Positions 45,992 to 56,611 of a stretch of 64,000 nt of DNA are shown here, piece after piece. The stretch spans positions 86,454 to 150,453 of the forward strand of contig CAYNQD010000001.1 in the NCBI GenBank assembly GCA_964399295.1, in the 5' to 3' direction. This DNA is from an uncultured Candidatus Saccharibacteria bacterium. Lineage in GTDB: Bacteria > Patescibacteriota > Minisyncoccia > Phycocordibacterales > UBA918. The notes beneath the pieces were generated by a model. It saw only the letters and a program-made list of their open reading frames with translations. It searched no databases and was not told where the DNA came from. Position 1 is the first letter of the stretch. Every line of letters begins with the position of its first letter. Position numbers and translations under genes: made by a program.

Positions 45992-47887
45992 CTAAACAAT
46001 ACGGCTAGGATCAATTTCCACTCTGACATAAGGCGGAAGATTCCTGATGATATCTATCAGTGCCTTATATTCCTTGCTGCCGACAGGCAGTCTAAACAAA
46101 GAATGCCGCAGTAATTTCCCTTGTCCAAAAGTGGGATTGCTATAAAAAAGACCATTGTAAGGCTTGGTTAAAGCTTTTATTGTTTCCTCTGTGGATAGGA
46201 TAAATTCTTTGGTGCCTGTCCAGCTCAGTAGTACAAAAGTTGAAAAAGGTGGGTAATTCAAACTTTCTCTCAGGGCTAATTCATCACTGTAGAAGTTTTC
46301 CAAACTGCCGGTTTTGACGTAATTGATCAATTCATCAGGCGGGGTACGGGTTTGAACCAGCACTTCCTTGTGGGAAATTTCTCGTAGTTGCAGCAGGAGT
46401 CTGAAAGTGTCTTCGTCGGCTCTCCAGGTGGGATTGGAACGAGTGGCATCCAGAGAAATGATGGCGCTTAAATCCACTCCGCGTAGCGTCAGGTAGGGTA
46501 AGGTCATGGTCGTGCCAATCAAAATCACGCCGCGTTTGGAATAAAATTCATCAATAATTTTTTCCGCTCGTTTTTTGGTAGCGGCAGTGGTGTTGTCAAA
46601 AAGTAAAACGGTTTGGTTGGGGAAATTGGCGACGGCCTCATCAAAGACATGTTGAATACCGATGCCGCGTTGTTTTAGCCTCCAAGAGCCGCAGTCGGTA
46701 CAAGTATCGGCCGCTCGCACTCTTCGTCCAGAAGTGCTGGAAACAAACCACCTTTCTTCTTCACCGTCTTTTTTATATGTCCGCAGTAGTGAATAGGGGG
46801 TGTTGGAATCGGGGCAACGAAAAATAAAACCACAATCAATACAGGCTACAACTGGAGAAATTCCCCGTCTAGCTCCATACAAAAAGACTCGTCCACGGCT
46901 TTCTAAAGTACTGTTAATTCTTTTTTTTAGCTCTGTGGAGAATAGCAAAAAAGGCAAGTGCGGCGAGGGCTTGTCTTTTTGTTCGATGATGGTGAATGGA
47001 GTGGAGAAGGCGATGCGTTTTGTTTCTTCGTTGTGGGTGAGGTATTTTTCGGTTCTTCGATAATGTTCATCTTCGGCGCGCGGCAAAATGTCCCCCAGCA
47101 AAATACTACGACCGGTAACTTTGGCTTGAGTGATTAGGGCGGTGCGATGGTCGAGGTAGGGGCGGGTTCGGTCTTTGTATAAGTTATTGGCGCTTCTTTC
47201 GATTATTATTGAGAGCAGATCAACACGGTCCAGGTAGGCGTGAGAAGGGGTGGTCAAAATTACTTTGGCGATACTGGTATCTTCAAAAGCAGCATAAGCC
47301 TTTTTGCGTTCGGTTTTTGATTGCTGGGGAGAAAATTTAACAATTCTATCTTCAATCCCGTGAGAAAGATGAGAGTGAGCATATTCCAAATCAACGGAAT
47401 TGGGAATCACAAACATAACAGAACCTCTCCTAGCCAAAGTGCTTCTGATATGGCTGCGGTAGGTGACGTATCTTTCTGGGATAATGGCGGTCAAAATCTG
47501 TGGCGCGGTATCTTCGTGGTGGGTGAGTGAGGATACTGTCGGGTATTGATACTGGCCATTACGGAGATCGGGTGATAGGAGTTGGTACAAGATTGCTCCC
47601 AGTGAACTGGGGTAAATTTCGGTTAATTTTTCTGCGGTTTGTCGTAAACATAGAGGAATTATGGCTGGGTTGGTTTGTTCGGGGAGTTTGCGCAGGGCAA
47701 AGGAGGCGTTTCTGAGTGAGGTTTTGTGGTCGGTAGCTGGTTTGCTGCTGGTTATGATGGCGCGGTGGTTTTTATTCCTAATTGGCACGGTCACAAAAGT
47801 ACCGACTTCATAGTTTACGCTACTAAAATAAGTCAGAGTGTTTATTTTGGTGGCTTTAATAAGGGGAATGACCTGGATGACAAACAT
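45992..47887 (-). CDS. priA: Primosomal protein N' (PriA) with degenerate helicase Walker A/B motifs
   Basis: N-terminal 3'-DNA-binding-type start. CIDCGFIFRCP...CTDCGSW zinc-binding region. Aligns with the E. coli PriA helicase core, but GVTGSGKT becomes AIIPERYV and VIDEEHDSSYKQ becomes IIIERSANNLYKD. Confidence 0.7.
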   Translation of the reverse strand: MFVIQVIPLIKATKINTLTYFSSVNYEVGTFVTVPIRNKNHRAIITSSKPATDHKTSLRNASFALRKLPEQTNPAIIPLCLRQTAEKLTEIYPSSLGAILYQLLSPDLRNGQYQYPTVSSLTHHEDTAPQILTAIIPERYVTYRSHIRSTLARRGSVMFVIPNSVDLEYAHSHLSHGIEDRIVKFSPQQSKTERKKAYAAFEDTSIAKVILTTPSHAYLDRVDLLSIIIERSANNLYKDRTRPYLDHRTALITQAKVTGRSILLGDILPRAEDEHYRRTEKYLTHNEETKRIAFSTPFTIIEQKDKPSPHLPFLLFSTELKKRINSTLESRGRVFLYGARRGISPVVACIDCGFIFRCPDSNTPYSLLRTYKKDGEEERWFVSSTSGRRVRAADTCTDCGSWRLKQRGIGIQHVFDEAVANFPNQTVLLFDNTTAATKKRAEKIIDEFYSKRGVILIGTTMTLPYLTLRGVDLSAIISLDATRSNPTWRADEDTFRLLLQLREISHKEVLVQTRTPPDELINYVKTGSLENFYSDELALRESLNYPPFSTFVLLSWTGTKEFILSTEETIKALTKPYNGLFYSNPTFGQGKLLRHSLFRLPVGSKEYKALIDIIRNLPPYVRVEIDPSRIV

Positions 47888-47963
47888 TTGGGATATTGTA
47901 ACAGAATATAGGTGGGTAGTCAGGTTGTGGGGCGAGGGTTGTGATTCTCCGGTGAAAACTCAC

Positions 47964-49463
47964 CTAAAACTCATCTAAATATTCAATTTTGGCACCAAGT
48001 GAAGACAGTCTTTCTACTAATTTTTCATAACCGCGGTTGATGCTGTAGATGTTGCGTAAGACGCTGTGTCCGTTGGCCCCCAGCATGGCAATCAAGAGTA
48101 TGGTGGCGGGACGAAGGGCGGGCGGGCAGATGAGTTCAGTTGGTTTGAGTTCGGTGGGGCCGGTGATGTAGATGCGGTGCGGATCAGCCAAAACCGTGTC
48201 CGCTCCCAGCTTTTCCAGTTCGGTAAAATAAATGGCTCGCTTCTCATAAACCCAGTCGTGGATTAGGGTTTGGCCTTCCGCTTGAGTAGCGATAACGGCA
48301 AAAAAGGGAAGGTTGTCTATATTGAGTCCGGGATAAACAGAGGGGTGGATTTTTTCGTGCAAGGCGATTAGTTTTGATGGTTTGGTGGTGATATTGACTA
48401 ATTTTGTAAAATTATTATCAGATAAATAAACTTTAGATTTGGTGTACTTAAAACCCATTTTCTCCAGCTTTAAAAGCTCAAGTTCCAGAAATTCAATGGG
48501 GCAACGAGTGATGGTTATAGCTGAATTGGTGACAATAGCTGTCGCTAAAAAAAACATACTGTCGGTTGGGTCTTCCGACAAGGTGTAGGTAATGTTTTTA
48601 TTTATATCCGCCACTCCCGTGACTTTCAGTGTGGTGGTGCCGATACCTTCAATCTTAACTCCTAATAATTGGAGAAAAATACAAATTTCCTGCACCATGT
48701 AATTGGCGGAAGCGTACTTTATAACGGTGGTGGACGGAGTTCTGGCTGCCGCAAAAAGAGCATTTTCCGTAACGGTGTCGCCGGATTCATAAAGAATGAC
48801 TTCCTCCGGACTTTTATTAGTATGAATTATTTCATAACTATCATCAGTGGTTTTGATATCAACGCCAAAATGTTCCAGGGCGTAGAAATGCGGTCTGACA
48901 GTCCGGCTTCCGAGCTTGCAGCCGCCTGATTGCGGGAGATTAAATTTTGGTAAAAAATGAATCAGCGGCCCGATAAACATCACGATGCTGCGAGTACGCT
49001 TGGCGGCTTCAGTATCGATCTTTCTTAATTGGTACTGCTTGGGCGGGGTAATAACGACCGTGCTGTCTTTCCAGTCTACCTTGGCGCCGATACTCTCTAG
49101 GACTTCAATAATACGGTGCACTTCCTCAATTCGAGGCATGCGGTGCAGGGTGGTTGTGCCGCGATTGAGGATACTGGCGCAGAGCAAGCCCACAGCGCCA
49201 TTTTTGGAGGTGTTTGTCTCGATGGTGCCGCTCAGCTTTTTTTTGCCTTCAATCTCGACATTGACCGTCCCCAGGGAAAGGGTAATCAGGTTTTTGCCGA
49301 GGGCCTTGCTGATTTTTTTCAACATATCAGCGCTGATGTTTTGTCGGCCTGATTCCATGCGAGCAACGGCACTTTGAGTAGTGTTGATTTTTTTTGCCAA
49401 TTCAGCTTGCGTCAAGCCTTTGGTTTCGCGCATATCGGCGATGCGATGTCCAATATTTAACAT
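47964..49463 (-). CDS. murA: XRE-family HTH fused to UDP-N-acetylglucosamine 1-carboxyvinyltransferase (MurA)
   Basis: N-terminal about 65 aa LTQAELAKKINTTQSAVARMESGRQNIS (HTH_XRE). Remainder is EPSP-synthase fold with GGCKLGSRTVRPHFYALEHFG matching MurA GGCAIGARPVDLHI (catalytic Cys). Confidence 0.75.
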   Translation of the reverse strand: MLNIGHRIADMRETKGLTQAELAKKINTTQSAVARMESGRQNISADMLKKISKALGKNLITLSLGTVNVEIEGKKKLSGTIETNTSKNGAVGLLCASILNRGTTTLHRMPRIEEVHRIIEVLESIGAKVDWKDSTVVITPPKQYQLRKIDTEAAKRTRSIVMFIGPLIHFLPKFNLPQSGGCKLGSRTVRPHFYALEHFGVDIKTTDDSYEIIHTNKSPEEVILYESGDTVTENALFAAARTPSTTVIKYASANYMVQEICIFLQLLGVKIEGIGTTTLKVTGVADINKNITYTLSEDPTDSMFFLATAIVTNSAITITRCPIEFLELELLKLEKMGFKYTKSKVYLSDNNFTKLVNITTKPSKLIALHEKIHPSVYPGLNIDNLPFFAVIATQAEGQTLIHDWVYEKRAIYFTELEKLGADTVLADPHRIYITGPTELKPTELICPPALRPATILLIAMLGANGHSVLRNIYSINRGYEKLVERLSSLGAKIEYLDEF

Positions 49464-49544
49464 ATCTTGCCATTATAGCATATATGCTATGGAAAAATAC
49501 TTTGTAGTTTTGGATAAAAGCGGTACTATGGTGTATCTATAGCT

Positions 49545-50561
49545 ATGTCTTGGAATAATCTAACTCCCAAAATAGGAATTGATCTTGGTACGACTAGTAT
49601 TTTGGTTTTTGTACCTGGACACGGCATTGTTCTCAATGAACCGTCAGTGGTTGCCATATCGGACGACAATCGAGTGGTGGCTGTCGGCGCTGAGGCCAAA
49701 CAAATGATTGGTAGAACTCCCGACACCATCAGAGCCTATCGTCCGATGAAAGATGGCGTGATTGCTGATTATCGCGTGACGGAAGCCATGCTTCGTTATT
49801 TTCTTCGTAAAGCTCTGGGGAAATATAATATTTTTAAACCGGATGTCATGGTGTCGGTGCCGGCGGGCGTAACCTCGACCGAGAGACGAGCAGTGGTGGA
49901 AGCCACTCTCAAGGCAGGAGCCAAAAATGCCTACGTGGTGAAAGAGCCAATTTTGGCAGCTATCGGAGCGGGTGTACCAATCTACGAAGCACAAGGGCAT
50001 ATGATTATTGATATTGGCGGTGGGACTATCGACGTGGCTGTTATTTCACTCGGCGGTATTGTAGCTTCAAATTCAGTCAAATGTGCCGGCAACCGCATCG
50101 ACACCGCCATCATAGATTATGTTAAGAAATCCAGAAATTTATCTATCGGTGAAAAAACCGCTGAGGAAATTAAGATTACCATTGGTTCCGCTTTGCCGTT
50201 GGAGGAAGAGTTGGTAATGGATATAAATGGAAGAGATGTCTTGTCGGGTTTGCCGCGGACGACTGAAATTCGTACCAATGAAGTCGTCAAGGCTATTGGC
50301 AAGGAGTTGAGAGAAATGATAAAAGCCATAAAGGATGTCTTCCAAGAGACTCCGCCAGAATTAGCTTCAGACATTATTGACGGTGGTATCATCATGACAG
50401 GAGGAACTTCTCAATTGCGAAATTTTCCGGAACTGGTGAAAAGACGCACTGGAGTCAAAGCCCAGCTGGCTGATCGAGCTCTATTTTGCGTGGTCACCGG
50501 CACCGGTATCGCGCTTGAGCACCTTGATACCTACAAACGCACAGTTTTGGCAAAACGTTAA
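49545..50561 (+). CDS. MreB-like actin homolog (paralog, outside mreBCD operon)
   Basis: IGIDLGTTSILVFV phosphate-1, DIGGGTIDVAVIS phosphate-2, GGIIMTGGTSQL adenosine motif. 338 aa. Confidence 0.8.
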   Translation: MSWNNLTPKIGIDLGTTSILVFVPGHGIVLNEPSVVAISDDNRVVAVGAEAKQMIGRTPDTIRAYRPMKDGVIADYRVTEAMLRYFLRKALGKYNIFKPDVMVSVPAGVTSTERRAVVEATLKAGAKNAYVVKEPILAAIGAGVPIYEAQGHMIIDIGGGTIDVAVISLGGIVASNSVKCAGNRIDTAIIDYVKKSRNLSIGEKTAEEIKITIGSALPLEEELVMDINGRDVLSGLPRTTEIRTNEVVKAIGKELREMIKAIKDVFQETPPELASDIIDGGIIMTGGTSQLRNFPELVKRRTGVKAQLADRALFCVVTGTGIALEHLDTYKRTVLAKR

Positions 50562-50613
50562 TTTAGGGGATAGTTGCCATCGTCTTCTGTATTTTTGAGT
50601 TACAATAGCAAAT

Positions 50614-53355
50614 ATGTCAGAGGAAATACCAAAGAGATTTTCCTCACCGGAGGAAGAGATATCTTATTTACGGGAACAAATCGCCGCTCGTGAGCGGGAG
50701 CTATTGTCTCGCTCTATTGAGTTAGACAAAACAGACATAGAAACTATCGGCAAGGAAGAAATTAGAGAATACGCGTCTTTTACACCCAGGATTATTCTGG
50801 ATCCAAGTCATAAATTAGACGATGCCAGCGTGGCTATTTCCGTTGAGCAGATTAAAGAGACATCCAATCCGGTGGAAGAAATAATTGCCTTGGCTTTGGA
50901 GAAGGGTATTCGTAATGCTTTGTCTGTTTTAGAAAAAATAGACAATGCTTACATAGTAGATGAAGTGCATAAGCGGCTGGTCGAACAGATTCGTTCGGGC
51001 GTGAATTTGCAGGATATAAAAGAGGGTGTGAAGGAATGGCATCTTCTGCACATGACGCTTTATGAATTGACTCTACCGGAGACAAAAGCCGCCAACGGCC
51101 GAGAGTACCAATTGGCGGAATTGGTGGGGATGATGGAGCAGTTATTCGCGGGTCTCCGAACTATAGGCTCAGTATATTCGTATAATCACTTCGCTATTGA
51201 AATTGCCGTGGCTGATTTTAGCGACGATATTATTTTCTACGTGGCGGTTCCAAATAAATTCGTTAATCTGTTTGAAAAACAAACTCTGTCTTTGTTTCCG
51301 CAAGCCCAACTAACAATCCAATCTCACGACTATAATATTTTTGTTAATGAGGGCACGACTCTCATTTCAGAAATGTCCTTAAAGAAACATCCGATCTATC
51401 CGATTCGCACTCACGACGGCTTTACTTCCGATCCTCTGTCTGTCATCTTGAACGCTTTTTCCAAAATCGACCGCGAAGGTGGCGGAGCAGCAGTACAGTT
51501 TTTGATGCGTTTTCCTCAGAAAAAGTATCGAAAAAGTTACGAAGAAATCATAAAAAGCATGCAAAAAGGCATGAAGGCCGGGGAGGCTATTTCTCGCAGC
51601 ACGGTCGGGGGAGAGATTATGGGTTCGTTGTCGGATTTTTTCTTCGCCAAGAAAAAGGGGGATGAGAGCGCGTCGTCTGAAATTGATAACGAAAAAATTG
51701 AACTTTTCTCACGGAAATTAAAATCTGAAATATTTGAAACCAATATTCGAATCGCGGTGTCAGCCAAGGAAAAAAGTCTGGCCGAACAAAGTCTAACCGA
51801 AATCGAATCCACTTTTAATCAATTTGATTTGGTTGAGAGCAATACTTTCGTGTCCAAGAGAGCCAAGGGTAATATAAAAAATTTACAAAAAGCCTTTGCG
51901 TTTCGCGAATTTTCTTCAAGTTCTGTCATTCCTTTCAATTTGACTGAATTATCTACTTTGATTCACTTTCCGGGCAATGGCATCGCTTCTTCTCCGCAAT
52001 TTAAACAATCTCATTCCGCGACAGCCGCTGCTCCGACAGATATGCCGACCGAAGGCACTATTATTGGCATCAATCGCCACCGCAATTCCGAACAAACCAT
52101 CTACATGAGCGAACTCGACCGTATGCGGCATTTGTACGTTATCGGGCAAACCGGTACCGGTAAATCAAAGTTTCTTACCAATCTAATCATTCAAGATATT
52201 CAGCAAGGAAACGGCGTGTGTATGATTGACCCGCATGGGACTGATATTGAAGAAGTATTGGGAGCGATTCCGCCGGAGCGAGAGCAAGATATCATATATT
52301 TTGATCCTTCCAGGATGGATCGGGTGGTTGGTCTTAATATGCTCGAATATGATATAAACAAACCCGAGCAAAAAACTTTCGTGGTCAATGAGTTGTTTTC
52401 TATTTTCCAAAAATTATACGGCGGCAATCCGGAATCAATGGGGCCGATGTTTGAACAATACTTTCGTAACGCCACGCTTTTGGTGATGGAAGACCCAGAC
52501 AGCGGCAATACTTTGATGGACATTTCCCGAGTGATGGCCGACGCAAAGTATCGTCGCATGAAGCTGGAAAAAGCCAAAAATCCGGTGGTGGTGCAATTTT
52601 GGCGAGAGATTGCCGGCAAGGCGGGAGGAGAAGCTTCGCTCGAAAATATTGTGCCGTACATTGTGTCAAAATTTGACGTTTTTACCGCCAACGATTACAT
52701 GCGGCCGATTATTGGCCAGCAAAAGTCAGCCTTTAATTTTCGGAAGGTGATGGACGAACGAAAGATTTTACTGGTAAATTTGTCAAAGGGGCGATTGGGA
52801 GAAATAAACGCCAATCTTATCGGCATGATATTTGTCGGCAAAATCCTGATGGCGGCTTTGTCGCGAGTCGACGATTCTTCCAAGTCCTTCGCTCCTTTTT
52901 ATCTGCATATAGATGAGTTTCAAAATGTCTCTACTCCGGCCATTGCTTCTATCTTGTCCGAAGCGCGAAAATACAAACTCAGCCTTACCATGGCGCACCA
53001 ATTTATCGCTCAGCTTGACTCCAGCATCAAAGACGCGGTGTTTGGCAACGTGGGTTCTCTGGTATCGTTCCGGGTCGGATCAGAGGATTCTCATTTCCTA
53101 GAGCAGCAATTCACGCCGGACTTTGAAGCCAAAGACCTGATGAATATACCAAATTACAATGCCATAGTCAGAATCCTCGCCAATGGCAAACCTACCAAAC
53201 CATTTAGTATGGCTACTTTGGCACCTATTACTTCGGATCAGACCCAAGTCAAACGATTGATTGAGCAGAGTGCCACTCGCTATGGCCGTTTGCGCGGGGA
53301 GGTGGAAGCGGAGATATCCGCAAGATACTCCAAGCCGGAGATTTTACCATTATAA
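50614..53355 (+). CDS. Large P-loop ATPase with TraG/VirD4/TrwB-like (T4SS coupling-protein-type) C-terminal domain and unknown N-terminal half
   Basis: Walker A YVIGQTGTGKSKF followed by MIDPHGTD (resembles coupling-protein IDPKGD). Walker B YLHIDEFQN. LSLTMAHQFIAQLD resembles the VirD4 QSxxQL region. No N-terminal TM helices. Confidence 0.45.
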   Translation: MSEEIPKRFSSPEEEISYLREQIAARERELLSRSIELDKTDIETIGKEEIREYASFTPRIILDPSHKLDDASVAISVEQIKETSNPVEEIIALALEKGIRNALSVLEKIDNAYIVDEVHKRLVEQIRSGVNLQDIKEGVKEWHLLHMTLYELTLPETKAANGREYQLAELVGMMEQLFAGLRTIGSVYSYNHFAIEIAVADFSDDIIFYVAVPNKFVNLFEKQTLSLFPQAQLTIQSHDYNIFVNEGTTLISEMSLKKHPIYPIRTHDGFTSDPLSVILNAFSKIDREGGGAAVQFLMRFPQKKYRKSYEEIIKSMQKGMKAGEAISRSTVGGEIMGSLSDFFFAKKKGDESASSEIDNEKIELFSRKLKSEIFETNIRIAVSAKEKSLAEQSLTEIESTFNQFDLVESNTFVSKRAKGNIKNLQKAFAFREFSSSSVIPFNLTELSTLIHFPGNGIASSPQFKQSHSATAAAPTDMPTEGTIIGINRHRNSEQTIYMSELDRMRHLYVIGQTGTGKSKFLTNLIIQDIQQGNGVCMIDPHGTDIEEVLGAIPPEREQDIIYFDPSRMDRVVGLNMLEYDINKPEQKTFVVNELFSIFQKLYGGNPESMGPMFEQYFRNATLLVMEDPDSGNTLMDISRVMADAKYRRMKLEKAKNPVVVQFWREIAGKAGGEASLENIVPYIVSKFDVFTANDYMRPIIGQQKSAFNFRKVMDERKILLVNLSKGRLGEINANLIGMIFVGKILMAALSRVDDSSKSFAPFYLHIDEFQNVSTPAIASILSEARKYKLSLTMAHQFIAQLDSSIKDAVFGNVGSLVSFRVGSEDSHFLEQQFTPDFEAKDLMNIPNYNAIVRILANGKPTKPFSMATLAPITSDQTQVKRLIEQSATRYGRLRGEVEAEISARYSKPEILPL

Positions 53356-53380
53356 ATATGTGCTATCATAATCCTAAGTT

Positions 53381-56242
53381 ATGAGTGAGAAACTATCCAC
53401 ATCTGAAAGCGAACTTTCTTCAAGGTTAGAAAACGGGAATATTTCCGATGCTGTAGTTTTGGAAGATATAAAGAGAGAGGATGTAAGTTCAGAAAATACG
53501 GAGCAAGCTGAGTCTGATTCCAATAATCAAGAAACAAACGAATCCAGTCCGAAAGCCAAGCATGAATCTGATTTGAATAGTCAGGAAAAAATGGAGCTAG
53601 AGTTAAATCTCTTGGATAGAGAATTGAAAGACGCTATAGGTAACTTCAATCACATGATCGAAGTTAATGGTGTTCCTGATGGTTATACATATAAGGATTA
53701 TGTACAAAATATAATAAATAAAGTCGAGCAGTATGTTCACGATGATATTAAAACTGAGATTTTAGAAAAAGAAAATTATTTAAGAACAATAATAAAATAT
53801 ACAGAGATAATTGAAAAAGGTCATCATCCGGAGAGAGGGGGGGTCGACTCTGAAAACGCTAAAGAAGTTGAAGAAGAATCAATAGAGAAAAAAGAAGAAG
53901 ATTTAGCTGATGTAAACACAAAAGAAGAACCGGTAGAAGAAGTTGCAGAAGAAAAAAGTCAGGAACAAGAATTTTATGAAATAGCCAGAGAAGATTTATT
54001 TAAGTCTAAGGAAGGCTATAGAAATAAAAAAGCCGCCTATGAGGAAGCTCTGGAGAAATATCAAGAAGAACAAGCTGCAGTCGGTTTTTTTGGAAAGACA
54101 ACCACAAAAATCAAAAGTATTTTTGGTATAAAGCCGGAAATTCCTGAAGCTATAAAGAAATTAGAGACTAAGTACAAAGAAGCTCGAAAAGAATATTCTG
54201 AGAACTTGAGGCATTCTTTGATTAAAAGAGGTGAGGTAAGCGGCAATAAAGAATTTCAAGAAAGAGAGAGTGTGAGTCCCGCTGCCGTAGAAAAGTCTAA
54301 ATTCAGTAAAGCAGAAGCTTACGATTCCAATTCATTTGCTTTTAAAAATGCCTTCGCTCATAAATTTATTATTAAGCCCCATCAGAAGGCTATAGAAAAA
54401 CAACAGGAGATATTACTGAGCGAAGCCGAGAAGTCAAGATTAAGAAAAATAATGCTAACCCTGTCCAAAAATAAGTGGCATATTCGTACCGGTTTGGTGG
54501 TGGGGGCTGGAGTTTTGGGAGCGGTGACAGGAGGGGCAGCAGCGGCAGCTTTGGCCGGAGCCGGTATGCAAGCCGGGCGAATAGCGTTTGGGTCTATTGC
54601 TGGTATGGCGGGTGGTATGGCGGGGCATGCGATTTTCTCAGGACATGTTGAAAAATCAAATGAAGCTCTGGCTAAACAAGAGGCATTTACCAGAAAAAAT
54701 TATATATCTAGTAATTTAGATTATTTGGAAGAGCAATTGCTTAAGGCTCAAAAAACCAAAGATACGGCGGAAAAAAATCAGAGACGAGCCTCGGTGGCGG
54801 GGGCGGTGCTGGGAGGTGGACTTACGGCTTATAGTATGCCTGATATGGAAGCGGCAGAGTTGGTAAATAATATTTCCCAAAAGTCCGGTGAAGTGATGGA
54901 CACTTCACAAGAAGCTCTTGGAAAGGCTTTAGACCAGATGAATGAGGAGGCAAAAGATGCTCTCAAGGCTCTTGATAAAGTTATTGAAGAGAGTAAAGCT
55001 ACTGCCGCTAACGTCTCTGAGAAGGTCTCCGGCTCAGTTCCTGATGTTGTTAAAGATACTTATTCAGAATTAACTGAAGAAGCTAAAGAACAACTTTCAA
55101 ATCTTGCCCGACAAATGGGTGTAGGAGAAACAGATTCTACACCTACGTCGAAAATTGATGACTTAGCGTATGGAGTGCAAACGCCTGAGACAGTGTCTTC
55201 TATAGAATCTGGTGAAGTTGTATCGCATATGTACGAGGTGGTTAAAGGGGATACTTTGTGGCACATAATGAAAAGAGAGTACGCGGAGGTTTTAGATCAA
55301 CTTCCAGAAAATGAGCACAATAAAATCCTGGATAAGTTTTTTGATAAAGTCAGAGATGATGCTACTTTGATAAATTCACTGGGTCTAAAAAGTGTTGATG
55401 ATATTGATTTAATTTATCCTAAGGAAAATATTGATATCGGTCTGATTGGTGAGGAGTTAACAAAAATGGTTAATGGGGAAGTTGGAGATGAGGGTATCGC
55501 GATTCATGAGAAGAGCGCTACTTTGGAGGTCAAGGTTGAAGGCTCTGAAGAAACCAGTATCCCCATTAAAATAAACAACGATCCTTTTGCGTATGGTGCG
55601 GATTCGTTTGCCGGCGACGGAGTATATACGCCTGAGGCAGATATTTCGTCCAATACTCCTCATACCAGCGTACCTTTTCACACCGAACCAATCGTCGATG
55701 CTAGCAAATTAAACTTCGCTGAGACACCTATTCCCACAGAATCTACAGAAACGAACCTTCCTGTTCCTGTAGAACCTATAAAAACAACCGTCCCCCCAGA
55801 GAAAAATTATTTTGACAACATAAAGCCCGAGGTTCTTCCTCAAGAAATGATAGCTAAAGCGATTGATCGTTATGTCGAGGGAATAGAGTCAGGTACCTAC
55901 GATTTTATGGACAGGTTTGCCAATCACACCAGTCCCTTTCTATTTTTTAAAGAGATGGACTTGCGTGATTTTGATGAGTTTGGACAATCTGATGTTCGTG
56001 GTCAGTTTGCGGATCTGGCGAGAAGTGGTGGCGCGAATATAAAATATGAGACATACTTGGCTTTGAATGATCTTGTGGATATGATGAGAAAGGAGGTTGA
56101 TGCACCTTCAGACATATCTTTAAATGAATACTTTTCAAGATACTTAAAGGAACATCCACAGATAGTTGAGGCGCTTAATTCTAAAAATTTTGCTACAGTG
56201 CAAAATAAGCTTGCTCATGATTTATACTACTTAAGATCATAA
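53381..56242 (+). CDS. Giant acidic coiled-coil protein with Gly/Ala-rich membrane-like segment and LysM-like motif
   Basis: 953 aa. E/K-rich N-terminus. GLVVGAGVLGAVTGGAAAAALAGAG...GMAGGMAGHAIFSG hydrophobic glycine-zipper region. YEVVKGDTLWHIMKREY LysM-like. Confidence 0.4.
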   Translation: MSEKLSTSESELSSRLENGNISDAVVLEDIKREDVSSENTEQAESDSNNQETNESSPKAKHESDLNSQEKMELELNLLDRELKDAIGNFNHMIEVNGVPDGYTYKDYVQNIINKVEQYVHDDIKTEILEKENYLRTIIKYTEIIEKGHHPERGGVDSENAKEVEEESIEKKEEDLADVNTKEEPVEEVAEEKSQEQEFYEIAREDLFKSKEGYRNKKAAYEEALEKYQEEQAAVGFFGKTTTKIKSIFGIKPEIPEAIKKLETKYKEARKEYSENLRHSLIKRGEVSGNKEFQERESVSPAAVEKSKFSKAEAYDSNSFAFKNAFAHKFIIKPHQKAIEKQQEILLSEAEKSRLRKIMLTLSKNKWHIRTGLVVGAGVLGAVTGGAAAAALAGAGMQAGRIAFGSIAGMAGGMAGHAIFSGHVEKSNEALAKQEAFTRKNYISSNLDYLEEQLLKAQKTKDTAEKNQRRASVAGAVLGGGLTAYSMPDMEAAELVNNISQKSGEVMDTSQEALGKALDQMNEEAKDALKALDKVIEESKATAANVSEKVSGSVPDVVKDTYSELTEEAKEQLSNLARQMGVGETDSTPTSKIDDLAYGVQTPETVSSIESGEVVSHMYEVVKGDTLWHIMKREYAEVLDQLPENEHNKILDKFFDKVRDDATLINSLGLKSVDDIDLIYPKENIDIGLIGEELTKMVNGEVGDEGIAIHEKSATLEVKVEGSEETSIPIKINNDPFAYGADSFAGDGVYTPEADISSNTPHTSVPFHTEPIVDASKLNFAETPIPTESTETNLPVPVEPIKTTVPPEKNYFDNIKPEVLPQEMIAKAIDRYVEGIESGTYDFMDRFANHTSPFLFFKEMDLRDFDEFGQSDVRGQFADLARSGGANIKYETYLALNDLVDMMRKEVDAPSDISLNEYFSRYLKEHPQIVEALNSKNFATVQNKLAHDLYYLRS

Positions 56243-56246
56243 TTCT

Positions 56247-56543
56247 ATGCAAAATAATAATCAAAACAACAACGCACCCATAGCTTTAGATTTAGACCAT
56301 CTTGAAGACGAACAGCAGCAACTCTTTTTAGAGGAAGTTGGAACTGTCGTTTTTCAAAGTGCTTTGATGAAGTATTTGGCCGTTGAAACGGAAGAAGTGG
56401 CTAGCGAGTTTGAAACTTTTATCAATTTACAAGTCGGTTCACCTGATTTCATTGAAAGCTTGTGTTTGAAGTACCCGAGTTTTGGTGAAGCTTTAAATGA
56501 AGAAATAACCGCTTTCACCGCGGAAATAAATTCTCTGGCGTAG
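56247..56543 (+). CDS. Small acidic protein
   Basis: 98-aa ORF, Gln/Asn-rich start then acidic. 5 nt after the upstream stop. Confidence 0.3.
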   Translation: MQNNNQNNNAPIALDLDHLEDEQQQLFLEEVGTVVFQSALMKYLAVETEEVASEFETFINLQVGSPDFIESLCLKYPSFGEALNEEITAFTAEINSLA

Positions 56544-56611
56544 ACTTAATTCACACTTATAATTTAAAATTCGCTGTGTTTTATTTTACATAATGTTATT
56601 ATGTGTAGGTT

